From a virus, in IMG/VR virus record IMGVR_UViG_3300037087_000150, positions 21,870 to 85,869 of that record: DNA of 64,000 nt. The stretch is one strand, 5' to 3'. Under the pieces are notes generated by a model that was not told the origin of the DNA, searched no databases, and saw nothing but the letters and a program-made list of their open reading frames with translations. The position numbers were made by a program, and so were the translations under genes. Positions 18,743 through 28,794 of this stretch are shown here, one piece after another (position 1 is the first letter of the stretch; each line of letters starts with the position of its first letter).

Positions 18743-19753
18743 ATGGAAGAGCATGTATTTTATTTCAAAGAATCAAGAGAACCTTGGAAACCAAATGTAA
18801 AATTAGAATCAATTATTACTGAATCCAGTGATAAGAAAAAAGGTAATACTGCTTCATTCGATTATAATAATGGAACAGCGACTTCGGATAAAAATAAAGT
18901 AATACTTGGTGGGGATTATCAAAAAAATCCTTATATTTCTCACGAAGATTATCTACAATATCTTGAATTCACTTATCTGGTAGAACAAGGATATATAATA
19001 AAACCAGATTTTATTTGGTTTACGATTATGTGTGAAATTGCACAATTCGTCAATTCCGACCCCGAAAAATTCAGAAAATATTATACAACAAGAAAAAAAG
19101 AAGAAGGAAAGATTTCGATTAATGTTCCGGGAGGGGTATCAAAAATATCAGGTTGTGTTGAATTACCACTCGATTTAGCCACAAAAGCTGTTTTAGAACT
19201 CATACCTACAAACATAACTGAAGATATGATAGTTCCAAAATTTTCTACATTAACAGAAAGAAGTGAATGGGCTTTCAAATGTTCTTTTTTAGAAACAGTT
19301 TCTCCATTCTATCAATATGGTCTGTACGGTTGTGGTTTCAGTAAAATAAAAATATTAGGAACAATAGATGATTATAAATTAATGATAACAACATTAAATA
19401 AAATCCAAGAAATAATTCCTGATTTCGATTCTTATTTTAAAAATTGTATTGAACAAATAGAAGAAATCATAAAAGAGTGGGATAATAAATATTTCTGGAA
19501 AGATATTTGTTGGACAGAAGATGGGTATGGAACTAAAAATGTTGATGGTTGGTTTACCAAATTTTATAGAAATTATGATGGTAGAACAAAATCTGTATCT
19601 TCTTTTCCAAAACATATAACGAAAGTTGATTATACTGATTTACACGATGATTCAAAATTTACAATGTATATCGGATTATTAACATCGACCTATGAAGATG
19701 GTTGTTATGTTCCTGATTTTATAAAAGTTATTACACAATTAAAAAGTGAGTAA
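18743..19753 (+). CDS. DUF4419-like protein
   Basis: IKPDFIWFTI..IAQFVN.DPEKFR, FSTLT, CGFSKIKILGTIDDY, DGWF. Confidence 0.65.
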   Translation: MEEHVFYFKESREPWKPNVKLESIITESSDKKKGNTASFDYNNGTATSDKNKVILGGDYQKNPYISHEDYLQYLEFTYLVEQGYIIKPDFIWFTIMCEIAQFVNSDPEKFRKYYTTRKKEEGKISINVPGGVSKISGCVELPLDLATKAVLELIPTNITEDMIVPKFSTLTERSEWAFKCSFLETVSPFYQYGLYGCGFSKIKILGTIDDYKLMITTLNKIQEIIPDFDSYFKNCIEQIEEIIKEWDNKYFWKDICWTEDGYGTKNVDGWFTKFYRNYDGRTKSVSSFPKHITKVDYTDLHDDSKFTMYIGLLTSTYEDGCYVPDFIKVITQLKSE

Positions 19754-20087
19754 TAGGGTAAATAAAACTGATTTTGTACCTGATGAACCCTTTAAAAATA
19801 GAGGTTATAATCATGGTCAATATGGTTTTAAATCTTTTTGTCCGAAATGTCATTGGAATTCGACTTGGGAAAAACCACATGATTGTGATGGTAAAATTGT
19901 TGATGTTCCTGATTCAATTAGATTTCCAAAGAAAAAGGCATCGAAAAGAACATGGAAAGTTTTTACTGAATTCTTAGTCAGAAAAAGAAAACTCACTGAA
20001 GAGGAATCAATAAATTTAGAAAGACAAAAAAAACTAAACCAAATATTATATGGGGGTAAAAAATACAGAAAGGATACTTTAAAATAA
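19746..20087 (+). CDS. Zn-finger protein with near-C-terminal tag
   Basis: CPKC..HDC; INLERQKKLNQIL. Confidence 0.6.
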   Translation: MSNRVNKTDFVPDEPFKNRGYNHGQYGFKSFCPKCHWNSTWEKPHDCDGKIVDVPDSIRFPKKKASKRTWKVFTEFLVRKRKLTEEESINLERQKKLNQILYGGKKYRKDTLK

Positions 20088-20371
20088 TGGACTCCAAAGA
20101 AACATTAAAAAAGATTAGAGATCGTGAAATGAAAATTTCAGGATATAAAGAAATTCCATATAAAGATGCTGAATTAGAAAAATTGGATTTCAGGAATTTG
20201 GTTAACGATGAACATAAACAACTTATTAGAGATGAATTATTAAAAGAGGGATTATTTCTTGATTATATTACAAGTGATAAAATATTAACAGATACCGAGG
20301 GTCTGAAAAGAGCCACCGATGAAGAGATTATAAATACAAAAAGAAAAATAATATTAAAAGATACATTATGA
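20087..20371 (+). CDS. Hypothetical protein with degenerate C-terminal tag
   Basis: ends INTKRKIILKDTL. Confidence 0.6.
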   Translation: MDSKETLKKIRDREMKISGYKEIPYKDAELEKLDFRNLVNDEHKQLIRDELLKEGLFLDYITSDKILTDTEGLKRATDEEIINTKRKIILKDTL

Positions 20372-20649
20372 ATTACACGAAACCAAATGATAACAACTAC
20401 GAAGATAATCCTAAGGATTGGTTATTCGGGGCTTTACTATTTACTCGTACACTTGGACTTATTATTCCAGTAGGAGAGGGAATAGTTGTAGACTTGAAAG
20501 GGGATATGATTGATTTATATCCAAACGCCAAAAGAGTTATTGTTCACGCAACTGGAACACAAATAGTTGTTGAAGATGCTGATGATCGAACCGATTTGAA
20601 AGAGGGTGATAAAGTAAAAATGGTAGACGAAGATACTATTATAAATTAA
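20368..20649 (+). CDS. Hypothetical protein
   Basis: Coupled ORF. Confidence 0.55.
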   Translation: MNYTKPNDNNYEDNPKDWLFGALLFTRTLGLIIPVGEGIVVDLKGDMIDLYPNAKRVIVHATGTQIVVEDADDRTDLKEGDKVKMVDEDTIIN

Positions 20650-20650
20650 T

Positions 20651-20926
20651 ATGGACATCTGGACTGAGATAAGGAATGATGATTTCTTAGGAACATTTGA
20701 AGAAGAAGGTCGAATTCTAATGGGTTATTGTAAGTCTCTTGGCCATGAATGTATCAGTATTCCTTTTTATGGTAATTTTAGAAGTCATGATCCTCACATT
20801 TATGTCGCTGATTTTTTATTGACAAATCAAAAAAAGATTAGAATGATTATACCATATGAATACTTAAATAATTGGTCAATAAATCAAAATAGGAAAGAAA
20901 AATTAGATATTATATTGAATGATTAG
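20651..20926 (+). CDS. Hypothetical protein with C-terminal tag
   Basis: ends INQNRKEKLDIILND. Confidence 0.6.
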   Translation: MDIWTEIRNDDFLGTFEEEGRILMGYCKSLGHECISIPFYGNFRSHDPHIYVADFLLTNQKKIRMIIPYEYLNNWSINQNRKEKLDIILND

Positions 20927-20927
20927 A

Positions 20928-21845
20928 TTATGAATTGAGGGTTCTGTTCATATCCTGTACTTCGACATAAATAGTTTCCACTTCGGGAATCGCTTTCTTA
21001 ATATCCACTTTTATTTGATCAATCACATCTTCGATCTGATAACCAGTTGAATCATTATCAACATCAATGGATATAAGAACAAGGTATTTATCATTACCGA
21101 TAACCATAGTCTGAACCCTATTAATATGTTCAACTATACTATATTCGTTTATAATGTTCTTAATTTCATTTCTTTTATTTCGTGGGATACTTTCACCGAC
21201 AATCAATTTTCTTATTTCATTGGCCAGTTTATAAGAAATGGAAATAAGTAATAACCCAACAAAGATTGATCCAAAGGCATCGAAAATCGGATATTTTATA
21301 GAAAGTAGAGTTGTCAGTAATACGATTGTCAACCCCGTTAGTGCCCCGAAATCTTCCAATAAAACAACCATTAAATTTGTATCTGTTGAATCCTCAATGG
21401 CTCTAACAAATGAACTTTTCGATTTTTTTCGGAATTCTTTGTAAGCGACTGTAAAAGATTTGGCCTCGATTATCATTGATAATCCCAATACGATGAAAAT
21501 CCAATAAATGTTATGTATAGGTTCAGGATTCAAAATTTTATGTACTCCCTCATAAATAGAAAATGAAGCCCCACCAAAAAACAAAAGAAAGGCCACCATC
21601 AAAGACCAAAAAAATGATTCTTTCTTAAATCCAAAGCTGTGCCATTCATTCGGTTTCTTTTTTGATCTCGTATTCCCAATCAATAGAAATATCTGATTTA
21701 AACAGTCTGCCGTAGAGTGAATTGATTCAGCCATCATAGCCGAACTACTTGTAATAAAGGCCACCGTGAACTTAATAATGGAAATAAGTGTGTTACCACC
21801 TAAGGCGAAAAAAACTGCCCTCATTGAACCATCTGACTTTGACAT
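20928..21845 (-). CDS. Cation diffusion facilitator (CDF) family transporter
   Basis: SSAMMAESIHSTAD, HSFGFKKE, VLLEDFGAL, multiple TM helices plus C-terminal domain. Confidence 0.9.
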   Translation of the reverse strand: MSKSDGSMRAVFFALGGNTLISIIKFTVAFITSSSAMMAESIHSTADCLNQIFLLIGNTRSKKKPNEWHSFGFKKESFFWSLMVAFLLFFGGASFSIYEGVHKILNPEPIHNIYWIFIVLGLSMIIEAKSFTVAYKEFRKKSKSSFVRAIEDSTDTNLMVVLLEDFGALTGLTIVLLTTLLSIKYPIFDAFGSIFVGLLLISISYKLANEIRKLIVGESIPRNKRNEIKNIINEYSIVEHINRVQTMVIGNDKYLVLISIDVDNDSTGYQIEDVIDQIKVDIKKAIPEVETIYVEVQDMNRTLNS

Positions 21846-21870
21846 AATTGGTTTTATTGATTTGACGATA

Positions 21871-21901
21871 CAAAGGTACAGAATTCTTTGATAATAAAAA
21901 A
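21871..21901 (-). promoter_or_regulatory. Bacteroidota-type promoter TTTTTTATT-N14-TACCTTTG
   Basis: Bipartite motif upstream of CDF gene. Confidence 0.6.
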
Positions 21902-21924
21902 ATTATATACCCAAAATATGTCTA

Positions 21925-21951
21925 AAACTTTGATTGAAAATAATCATATAA
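21925..21951 (+). promoter_or_regulatory. Putative middle promoter AAACTTT-N14-ATATAA
   Basis: Exact consensus, heads the gp46/GroEL operon. Confidence 0.6.
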
Positions 21952-21972
21952 AGACAATAAAACCCTAATAAT

Positions 21973-22674
21973 ATGAATGATTTATCCATTAAAGTAAAAA
22001 GTAAAATAGACGAGTATTTGGAATTCGATTCGGATATTTTATTTGAAAAATGTGATTTTCTTGAAATATTTGGGGGATCAATAAGAGATTCTATAGCTGG
22101 AATGAAGATACACGATGTTGATATTTTAGCGTTATCAAAAAGTGCCAAAATCTGTGCGGAAATATTGGAGAGTAAAGGTTATCATTTCATCGAATTATTG
22201 AATGGTAAAGAATTACAAGAGATGTACAAAGATATTCATTGTATATTTGAACCTTGGACTTTTTTAAAACAAACATCACCAGATGATGATTTAAAAATGG
22301 TTCAAATCATTAGGCCATCGATTGATGTTAAAAACGACAAGGATAAGATCAAATTGACAAATCCTGATAATAGTTTTAATTTTCTTAATGAATCTGGATT
22401 TTTTCGATTGATGAAAGAAGTTGATTTATCTTGTTGTGGTGTGAGTTATAATGGAAAAATAATTAAAGAAAACTGTCAAGATGCAATAAAACATTGTCAG
22501 TGGGGATATTATTTAATAAATAAAGAAGCTCGTATGTATAATGAGAGTAGAATTTTAATGCGAACATCCAAATTGGATGGAAGAGGATGGACGAATATAG
22601 AAAATTTATCGAATGAACAAAAAATAAATTTCGATAGAAATCAAAAATTAGAATATATACTGAATGATAATTAA
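21973..22674 (+). CDS. Nucleotidyltransferase (CCA/poly(A) polymerase head-like) with C-terminal tag
   Basis: FGGSIRD...HDVDI; VDLSCCG; ends INFDRNQKLEYIL. Confidence 0.6.
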   Translation: MNDLSIKVKSKIDEYLEFDSDILFEKCDFLEIFGGSIRDSIAGMKIHDVDILALSKSAKICAEILESKGYHFIELLNGKELQEMYKDIHCIFEPWTFLKQTSPDDDLKMVQIIRPSIDVKNDKDKIKLTNPDNSFNFLNESGFFRLMKEVDLSCCGVSYNGKIIKENCQDAIKHCQWGYYLINKEARMYNESRILMRTSKLDGRGWTNIENLSNEQKINFDRNQKLEYILNDN

Positions 22675-24379
22675 TAATATAGGATTAAAAAACTTCAAGA
22701 GTTACGGTAATAACATGCAACGAGTCCCCTTTAAAAACGGGGGCGATCTTATACTTCTTTCCGGTGACAACGAAGCCGGTAAAAGTTCTCTGATTGAATC
22801 TATTGATTTTACTTTATATGGTGTTGTAAGAGGTAAAAATACTAAAAAAATAGCCCTTGTTAAACTACCAAACAGATTAAACAAAAATCTGGAAACAGAA
22901 ATAAACTTCATAAATGATGATGGTGATAATATTCTTATCCGTAGAAAACTTGAACCCACCTCAATAGAAGTATATAAAAATAGTAACAACTTTTTTAAAG
23001 AATTCAAAGCTATGACCATTGAACAAAGAGAAAAGTTCATTGGATTGGAGTATAATACATATAAATCACTTATATCTCTTAACCTTAGTGATTTTGCCAA
23101 TTTTGTTAATCTGGACACCGATACCAAAAGAAAATTACTTAACAAATTATTCAACATCACTGAAATTGACGAATATTTCTCTATCGGTAAAGAAATAGTC
23201 AAGAACTCATACAAAGAAAAAGAAAGATTAGAATCCATACTACTAAGTAATACCAATACTATTGATACTTACAATGAGAACATATCTAATATCAAATCTC
23301 AAACAACTGAAGTAAACAAGGAAGAAATCAAAAACGAGATTTTATCATATAAAGATACATATACTATATTAAAGCAAGCGATAAATGACTTGAATACTAC
23401 TTCATTCCAATTATCAAAGGATTTCAGAAATAAGAAAGAAATATTAGAGGGGAAAAGGAATAAAATAATGCAAGAAAATTTCATCCTAAAAGAGTTCGGT
23501 AAAAAGATTGAGATCTTTAAAAGTGGAATATGTCCTGTCTGTGATAGTAAACTCGACACAGAGGATAAAAAACACAAACTGGTTGAGCTGGAGAAGGAGG
23601 AATCCGACCAATTACTTTATATTGATACATTAAAACAAGAATACACCATTTCTGTAAATGAAATAAAGGAATTGTCTGGAGAAAGAACCACAACAAATAA
23701 TGAATTAAACAAGAAAAGTTTTGAATTCAATCAGATAGATTCTAAGCTAAGAGAACTGAAAAATTTATATCAATCCAATGATATTGATAGCGTTTCTATA
23801 ATCGAAATAAAAAGAAACATTTCCAAATTAGAGCATGATAATTTAGAATTGAATAGGAAACTACTTGATGTCAAAAAGAAAATAGACCTTTACGAAAAAA
23901 CAGTTGATTATTTATCAGAGAAAGGCATAAGAAAAAACATCATCAAAACTATTATTGATCCGATCAATAAGAATCTGGAAATCTTCCTGAAGAAAATAGA
24001 ATCAAATTATAATGTCAAATTGAATGATGAATTTGATGCTGTGATAAAAGACAGATTTATGGACATTGATTCAGAAACATTATCTATCGGTGGTGCTCGT
24101 AAAATAAACATAGCTATAGCGTTATCTTACATAAAAACAATATTAGATCTAAATAAAAGAATAAATATATTGTTCTTAGATGAAGTTTTTTCTTCTATCA
24201 GTCCATCAAATATAAACATAATGTTAAGAGTTTTAAAGGATTTTGCCAAAGAAAACAATATAAATATATTGATTGTACACCAGATTAACTTCGATGAGAA
24301 TAAATTCGATAGAATCATTCATATTGAAAAGAAATACTTTTCAATGATTACCGATAGCTATAAAAAGAAAGAAGAATAA
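22664..24379 (+). CDS. SbcC/Rad50-like recombination ATPase (T4 gp46-like)
   Basis: KNFKSYG, Walker A GDNEAGKSS, zinc hook CPVC, coiled coils, LSIGG signature, LFLDE. Confidence 0.9.
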   Translation: MIINNIGLKNFKSYGNNMQRVPFKNGGDLILLSGDNEAGKSSLIESIDFTLYGVVRGKNTKKIALVKLPNRLNKNLETEINFINDDGDNILIRRKLEPTSIEVYKNSNNFFKEFKAMTIEQREKFIGLEYNTYKSLISLNLSDFANFVNLDTDTKRKLLNKLFNITEIDEYFSIGKEIVKNSYKEKERLESILLSNTNTIDTYNENISNIKSQTTEVNKEEIKNEILSYKDTYTILKQAINDLNTTSFQLSKDFRNKKEILEGKRNKIMQENFILKEFGKKIEIFKSGICPVCDSKLDTEDKKHKLVELEKEESDQLLYIDTLKQEYTISVNEIKELSGERTTTNNELNKKSFEFNQIDSKLRELKNLYQSNDIDSVSIIEIKRNISKLEHDNLELNRKLLDVKKKIDLYEKTVDYLSEKGIRKNIIKTIIDPINKNLEIFLKKIESNYNVKLNDEFDAVIKDRFMDIDSETLSIGGARKINIAIALSYIKTILDLNKRINILFLDEVFSSISPSNINIMLRVLKDFAKENNINILIVHQINFDENKFDRIIHIEKKYFSMITDSYKKKEE

Positions 24380-24630
24380 TGGGTATCAACGAATACGAAG
24401 AAATGAAATATTATACTCATTTTGATTATATTCCAATTCACAAATCGGATCTGATAAAGTTGAATCCATTTATTCTTGAAGAAAAAGTTTGGGATTATCA
24501 ATTAGACAACTTTGTGTGTAAAAGATTATATAAAAATGATGAAATAATATCTATGTTAACAGCTGATATAAGTGAGATGGATGGATGTGATTACTATACA
24601 AAATATAAAAACATAAAAATATTAAATTGA
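24379..24630 (+). CDS. Hypothetical protein
   Basis: Coupled ORF. Confidence 0.45.
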   Translation: MGINEYEEMKYYTHFDYIPIHKSDLIKLNPFILEEKVWDYQLDNFVCKRLYKNDEIISMLTADISEMDGCDYYTKYKNIKILN

Positions 24631-24653
24631 AATAAGGAAAACTGAGATATAAA

Positions 24654-25013
24654 ATGTTATTAGAATATAAAAAAAATATTGGAGAGTCATCCGTATATGA
24701 TGTTTTTTTCTTCAATAAAGATAGATGGAATGATATATGGGGTAAAATTATCAATAAAGACTTGATATTTAATATGGAAAATATGGTTAATAACATCATA
24801 TCATCATTAAAAGAAATTCAATTCGAAGATGAAGAATTAATAAAATCATTGGAAAAACATAGTAATCATCTCGTTTTTATGAAATCCGATGATATTGTAA
24901 ATAAGGATGAAAGTGATGAAGTATTTGAAAGTGTTAGAAATTTATTGGATTCTATTCCAGATGAAGTAATTATCAACATGAGAAGAAAAAATAATTTAGA
25001 TAAAATATTATGA
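24654..25013 (+). CDS. Hypothetical protein with C-terminal tag
   Basis: ends INMRRKNNLDKIL. Confidence 0.6.
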   Translation: MLLEYKKNIGESSVYDVFFFNKDRWNDIWGKIINKDLIFNMENMVNNIISSLKEIQFEDEELIKSLEKHSNHLVFMKSDDIVNKDESDEVFESVRNLLDSIPDEVIINMRRKNNLDKIL

Positions 25014-25204
25014 ACAGAAATAAAGAATTAACCGAATTAGTTAATCGTTTAAACAGAATTTTCCCAGAACTTAAACTATGGGATGGTTCATATTATATGG
25101 AAGAACCAGAAGTTTATGTACCACCCTATAAATTAGATTGGTATGATATTATTGAAATTCTGGATAAAAATGGTTTAGAAATAAAAAATAAAAAGGAAAT
25201 ATGA
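25010..25204 (+). CDS. Hypothetical protein
   Basis: Coupled ORF. Confidence 0.5.
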   Translation: MNRNKELTELVNRLNRIFPELKLWDGSYYMEEPEVYVPPYKLDWYDIIEILDKNGLEIKNKKEI

Positions 25205-26832
25205 AGAAGAATATAGAATTTGGATCTGAAGCCCGAATGAAATTAATGAAAGGGATAAATAAAATAGCTGATAGTGTTGGTATTACCTTAGGACCAAAAG
25301 GAAGAAATGTCATCATAGAAAAGAGTGGTGGTCTCAGGATAGTAATTACAAAGGACGGTGTTACAGTCGCAAGAGAAATTGAACTGGAAGATCCTCTGGA
25401 AAATATAGGTTGTCAAATTATAAAAGAGGCAGCCACCAAAACATCTGATGATGCTGGTGATGGTACAACTACCGCAACAATATTAGCTCGTTCTATTGTC
25501 GAAAAAGGTTTAAAAAGTACAACAACAGGTATAAATCCAATAGATTTGAAAAAAGGAATTGATAAAGCGGTAAAGAGAGTTGTTGAAAGATTAAATGAAA
25601 TTTCAGTAGAAATTGGTCTTGATTATGAAAAGATAAAACAAGTCGCTACTATAAGTGCCAATAATGATAAGGATATAGGTTTTATGATTACTGATGCTAT
25701 GAAAAATGTTGGATTAACTGGTGTTATTACAATTGAAGAGGCTCGTGGAATGGAAACTACAATAAAAACTGTAAAGGGAATGAAACTCGATAGAGGTTAT
25801 ATTTCACCTTATTTCATCACGGATACAGAAAAAATGGAAACAGTTTTTGAGAACACTTATATTCTTATATACGAGGAAAAAATACAATCGATACATAATT
25901 TATTACCTATCCTCGAATTGGTTGTTCCGACAGGTAAACCACTTTTGATCATTGCTGATACCCTCGAAAACGAAGCACTCGGACCATTAGTTTATAATAA
26001 AGTAAAAGGAAATTTAAAAGTTTGTGCAATAAAAGCTCCCGGCTTCGGAGATAGAAGAAAGGATTTATTGGAAGATATCGCAGTTTTAACCGGTGGAAAT
26101 TTAATATCCGATGGAATGGGTAGAAAATTAGAAACCATGAAACTTGAAGATTTAGGTATGGCTGAAAAAATTATAATCAACAATAACTCAACTATAATAA
26201 TGGGTGGAAATGGTAATCCTGAAATGGTATTTGGAAGAATCAGTCAAATAAGAAATCAAATAGAAAACAATAAAAACGATTATGATAAAGAAAAAAATGA
26301 AGCTCGATTGGCCAATTTAACGGGTGGAATTTGTGTCATAAGTGTTGGGGCTTCCAGTGAAATAGAAATGAAAGAAAAGAAAGATCGTTTTGATGATGCT
26401 CTACATGCAACCAAAGCTGCCATTGGAGAAGGTATAGTTCCCGGTGGTGGAGTTGCTTATATAAGATGTATAAATTCACTGGATGATTTGGAAATCTCAA
26501 ATGAAGATGAAAAGATTGGAGTTGATATAATTCGTAAAGTTTTGGAAGAACCACTAAGAAAAATAGTTGAAAATTCGGGAAAAGAATCCTCAGTTGTTTT
26601 ACAAAATGTAAAATCAGGAACTTCTGATATTGATTATGGTTACGATGCTAATACTGAAAAATTCGGTAATCTATATGAACTTGGAATCATTGACCCAACG
26701 AAAGTGGCAAGGGTGGCTTTAGAGAATGCGGCCTCTGTTGCTGGTTTATTCTTAACTACGGAATGTGTAGTATCAGAAATAAAAGAAAAAAATGAATTTG
26801 GACTACATCAAGGTCCACCACCATTAATGTAA
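25201..26832 (+). CDS. groEL: Chaperonin GroEL
   Basis: TLGPKGRNV, ITKDGVTVA, AGDGTTTAT, KAPGFGDRRK, GIVPGGG, IIDPTKV. Confidence 0.97.
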   Translation: MKKNIEFGSEARMKLMKGINKIADSVGITLGPKGRNVIIEKSGGLRIVITKDGVTVAREIELEDPLENIGCQIIKEAATKTSDDAGDGTTTATILARSIVEKGLKSTTTGINPIDLKKGIDKAVKRVVERLNEISVEIGLDYEKIKQVATISANNDKDIGFMITDAMKNVGLTGVITIEEARGMETTIKTVKGMKLDRGYISPYFITDTEKMETVFENTYILIYEEKIQSIHNLLPILELVVPTGKPLLIIADTLENEALGPLVYNKVKGNLKVCAIKAPGFGDRRKDLLEDIAVLTGGNLISDGMGRKLETMKLEDLGMAEKIIINNNSTIIMGGNGNPEMVFGRISQIRNQIENNKNDYDKEKNEARLANLTGGICVISVGASSEIEMKEKKDRFDDALHATKAAIGEGIVPGGGVAYIRCINSLDDLEISNEDEKIGVDIIRKVLEEPLRKIVENSGKESSVVLQNVKSGTSDIDYGYDANTEKFGNLYELGIIDPTKVARVALENAASVAGLFLTTECVVSEIKEKNEFGLHQGPPPLM

Positions 26833-26848
26833 AAAAATTAAAAAAAAA

Positions 26849-27151
26849 ATGAAAGATATAAATTGTCCTTATTGTAATGCAGAACAAGATATAAACCACG
26901 ATGATGGCTACGGTTATGAAGAAGGATCGACCCATCAACAAGAATGTGGTAGTTGTGGAAAAACATTTGTTTATACCACTTCAATATCGTTTTATTATGA
27001 AGTTTATAAAGCAGATTGCTTAAATGGATCTGAACATGATTATGAACCAACACATACACATCCAAAACGATTCACAATGATGAGATGTACAATATGTGAT
27101 GATGAAAGAAAACCGACCAAAGAAGAATTTGAATTGATCGGAGAAGATTAA
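26849..27151 (+). CDS. Cys-rich Zn-binding protein
   Basis: CPYC, CGSC, CTIC. Confidence 0.6.
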   Translation: MKDINCPYCNAEQDINHDDGYGYEEGSTHQQECGSCGKTFVYTTSISFYYEVYKADCLNGSEHDYEPTHTHPKRFTMMRCTICDDERKPTKEEFELIGED

Positions 27152-27154
27152 CTT

Positions 27155-27865
27155 ATGGAAAAAACGAACAAAAAAATATTAGTTTCTTTTTCGGGTGGGT
27201 TGGATTCTACTTATCTGGTTTATGATAATTTAAGAAAAGGTAACACTGTTACTGGCTTATATACTACCATAAAAAACAATATAAATAAAATAAGAGTAGA
27301 AACCCATCAAACAAAAAAATTAGGAAAATTATTCAAAGAAGATTTTCCCGGTCAATTTACCTTAGATATGGGAATTGGATTCGATATTCCATCATCAAAT
27401 GATTTGATTTTTAAACAAACTTTAATTTGGTTGGTATCTTTACTATATCATCATTCATCATCATATGACGAAGTTCAAATCGGTGCTGTAATGAATGACG
27501 ATATGATCTCTTTTATAGATGATATTAAAAATATCTGGGAATCTTTCTCTTTTTTAAATCCAAAGCATCCAATTTTAACATTTCCATTGATGAAAAATGG
27601 AAAAGCTCAATTATCTGATTCCTTACCAAAAAAATATAAGGATCTGGTTGTGTTTTGTGAAAATCCAACTATAATAAAAGATTATGGATTACCCGAAGAA
27701 GATAATTTTGAATTTACAAATTGTGGAGAATGCCATTCTTGCAAAAGGTATGAATTCGATAAAGACATATGGAATATAGAATATGGTCAAATTAAAAATT
27801 CGAATGATCCACCATCAGACGATACTCCAGCATCAAACGGTATTCTAATCGGAAAACCAATATAA
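27155..27865 (+). CDS. queC: QueC-like PP-loop ATPase (7-cyano-7-deazaguanine synthase family)
   Basis: SFSGGLDST PP-loop; FC...CGECHSC Zn site; divergent. Confidence 0.65.
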   Translation: MEKTNKKILVSFSGGLDSTYLVYDNLRKGNTVTGLYTTIKNNINKIRVETHQTKKLGKLFKEDFPGQFTLDMGIGFDIPSSNDLIFKQTLIWLVSLLYHHSSSYDEVQIGAVMNDDMISFIDDIKNIWESFSFLNPKHPILTFPLMKNGKAQLSDSLPKKYKDLVVFCENPTIIKDYGLPEEDNFEFTNCGECHSCKRYEFDKDIWNIEYGQIKNSNDPPSDDTPASNGILIGKPI

Positions 27866-27866
27866 T

Positions 27867-27897
27867 TTTTTTATTTCAGCTTTTTGTTGTAATTTTG
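27867..27897 (+). promoter_or_regulatory. Bacteroidota-type promoter TTTTTTATT-N14-TAATTTTG
   Basis: Bipartite motif. Confidence 0.65.
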
Positions 27898-27919
27898 TAG
27901 AGTTAAATTAAAAGCTAAT

Positions 27920-28735
27920 ATGAAAAAGACCAAATTTGATGATATTGAACGCACTTTCAGTGTTGTAAGTGAAGATTTCAAGGAAATGATTGAAATGAAA
28001 TTCAAAGTTTCATTAGTCGAATCCAATGGTACTGTTCAATTCGAAACATCAATCCCCGATTATATTTTCGATGAAGCCAAGAAGATTTGGCCGGAAGATT
28101 ATGATTTCGAATTCATTAAAACGAAAAGAGAAGAAAACAAAGTCGGTAATCTTGATTGGCAACTCAAAAAAGTCAAATCGAAAGTTTTAAGACATCAGGC
28201 CCTTGTTGGTATCGAATCAGAACTTTGGGATTTATCAAAAAAAATTCAGGGTTATCATACATTCGATGAAAAAATCGGTGATAAAGTCATCATGATTTAT
28301 TTCAGGGGTTCATCATCCACTCAGAGAGAAAGACATTTTGGTGGAGACATGGGATTGGAAAACAACATCAACTTCCAGTATTTCACAGCTTATCATCACT
28401 TGGGTCAGGAAAAGAAATGGTTGAGTGATGATATTATAACCGTTGAAAAATTCACAGCCTATTACAAATGTGGAATGAGTGAACAGGGTGAAAATCACAA
28501 ATACAAGGAAAGTCAGTTAGTACCACTTCACCACACCTATGAGGATTTAAGAAATTTAAAAGGGGCTTATATTATGATTCCTTGGAGTGAAGAAAGAGAA
28601 CAATATTTGAAAGCAATTCAGAACAATTTCACTAACCTGACAGAAAAATTGAATGAATTTCTCAAAGATCTGACGGAAGAAAAACTCGATAATCTTATTG
28701 AAAATCATCCAGTTCAAAAATTACTTTCAAATTAA
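27920..28735 (+). CDS. Hypothetical protein
   Basis: Long ORF behind promoter. Confidence 0.65.
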   Translation: MKKTKFDDIERTFSVVSEDFKEMIEMKFKVSLVESNGTVQFETSIPDYIFDEAKKIWPEDYDFEFIKTKREENKVGNLDWQLKKVKSKVLRHQALVGIESELWDLSKKIQGYHTFDEKIGDKVIMIYFRGSSSTQRERHFGGDMGLENNINFQYFTAYHHLGQEKKWLSDDIITVEKFTAYYKCGMSEQGENHKYKESQLVPLHHTYEDLRNLKGAYIMIPWSEEREQYLKAIQNNFTNLTEKLNEFLKDLTEEKLDNLIENHPVQKLLSN

Positions 28736-28736
28736 T

Positions 28737-28767
28737 TTTTTTATTCCAATTCAATTTATTACTTTTG
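28737..28767 (+). promoter_or_regulatory. Bacteroidota-type promoter TTTTTTATT-N14-TACTTTTG
   Basis: Bipartite motif. Confidence 0.65.
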
Positions 28768-28794
28768 TTCAATTCGCTTTAATAATTTTAAATT

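Noticed and set aside
7399-19753. Eukaryotic giant virus (NCLDV) origin suggested by fused Topo II, SET and DUF4419
   Set aside because: T4-like terminase, baseplate, UvsX and gp41, overlapping operons, intrinsic terminators and an M23 peptidase indicate a bacteriophage.
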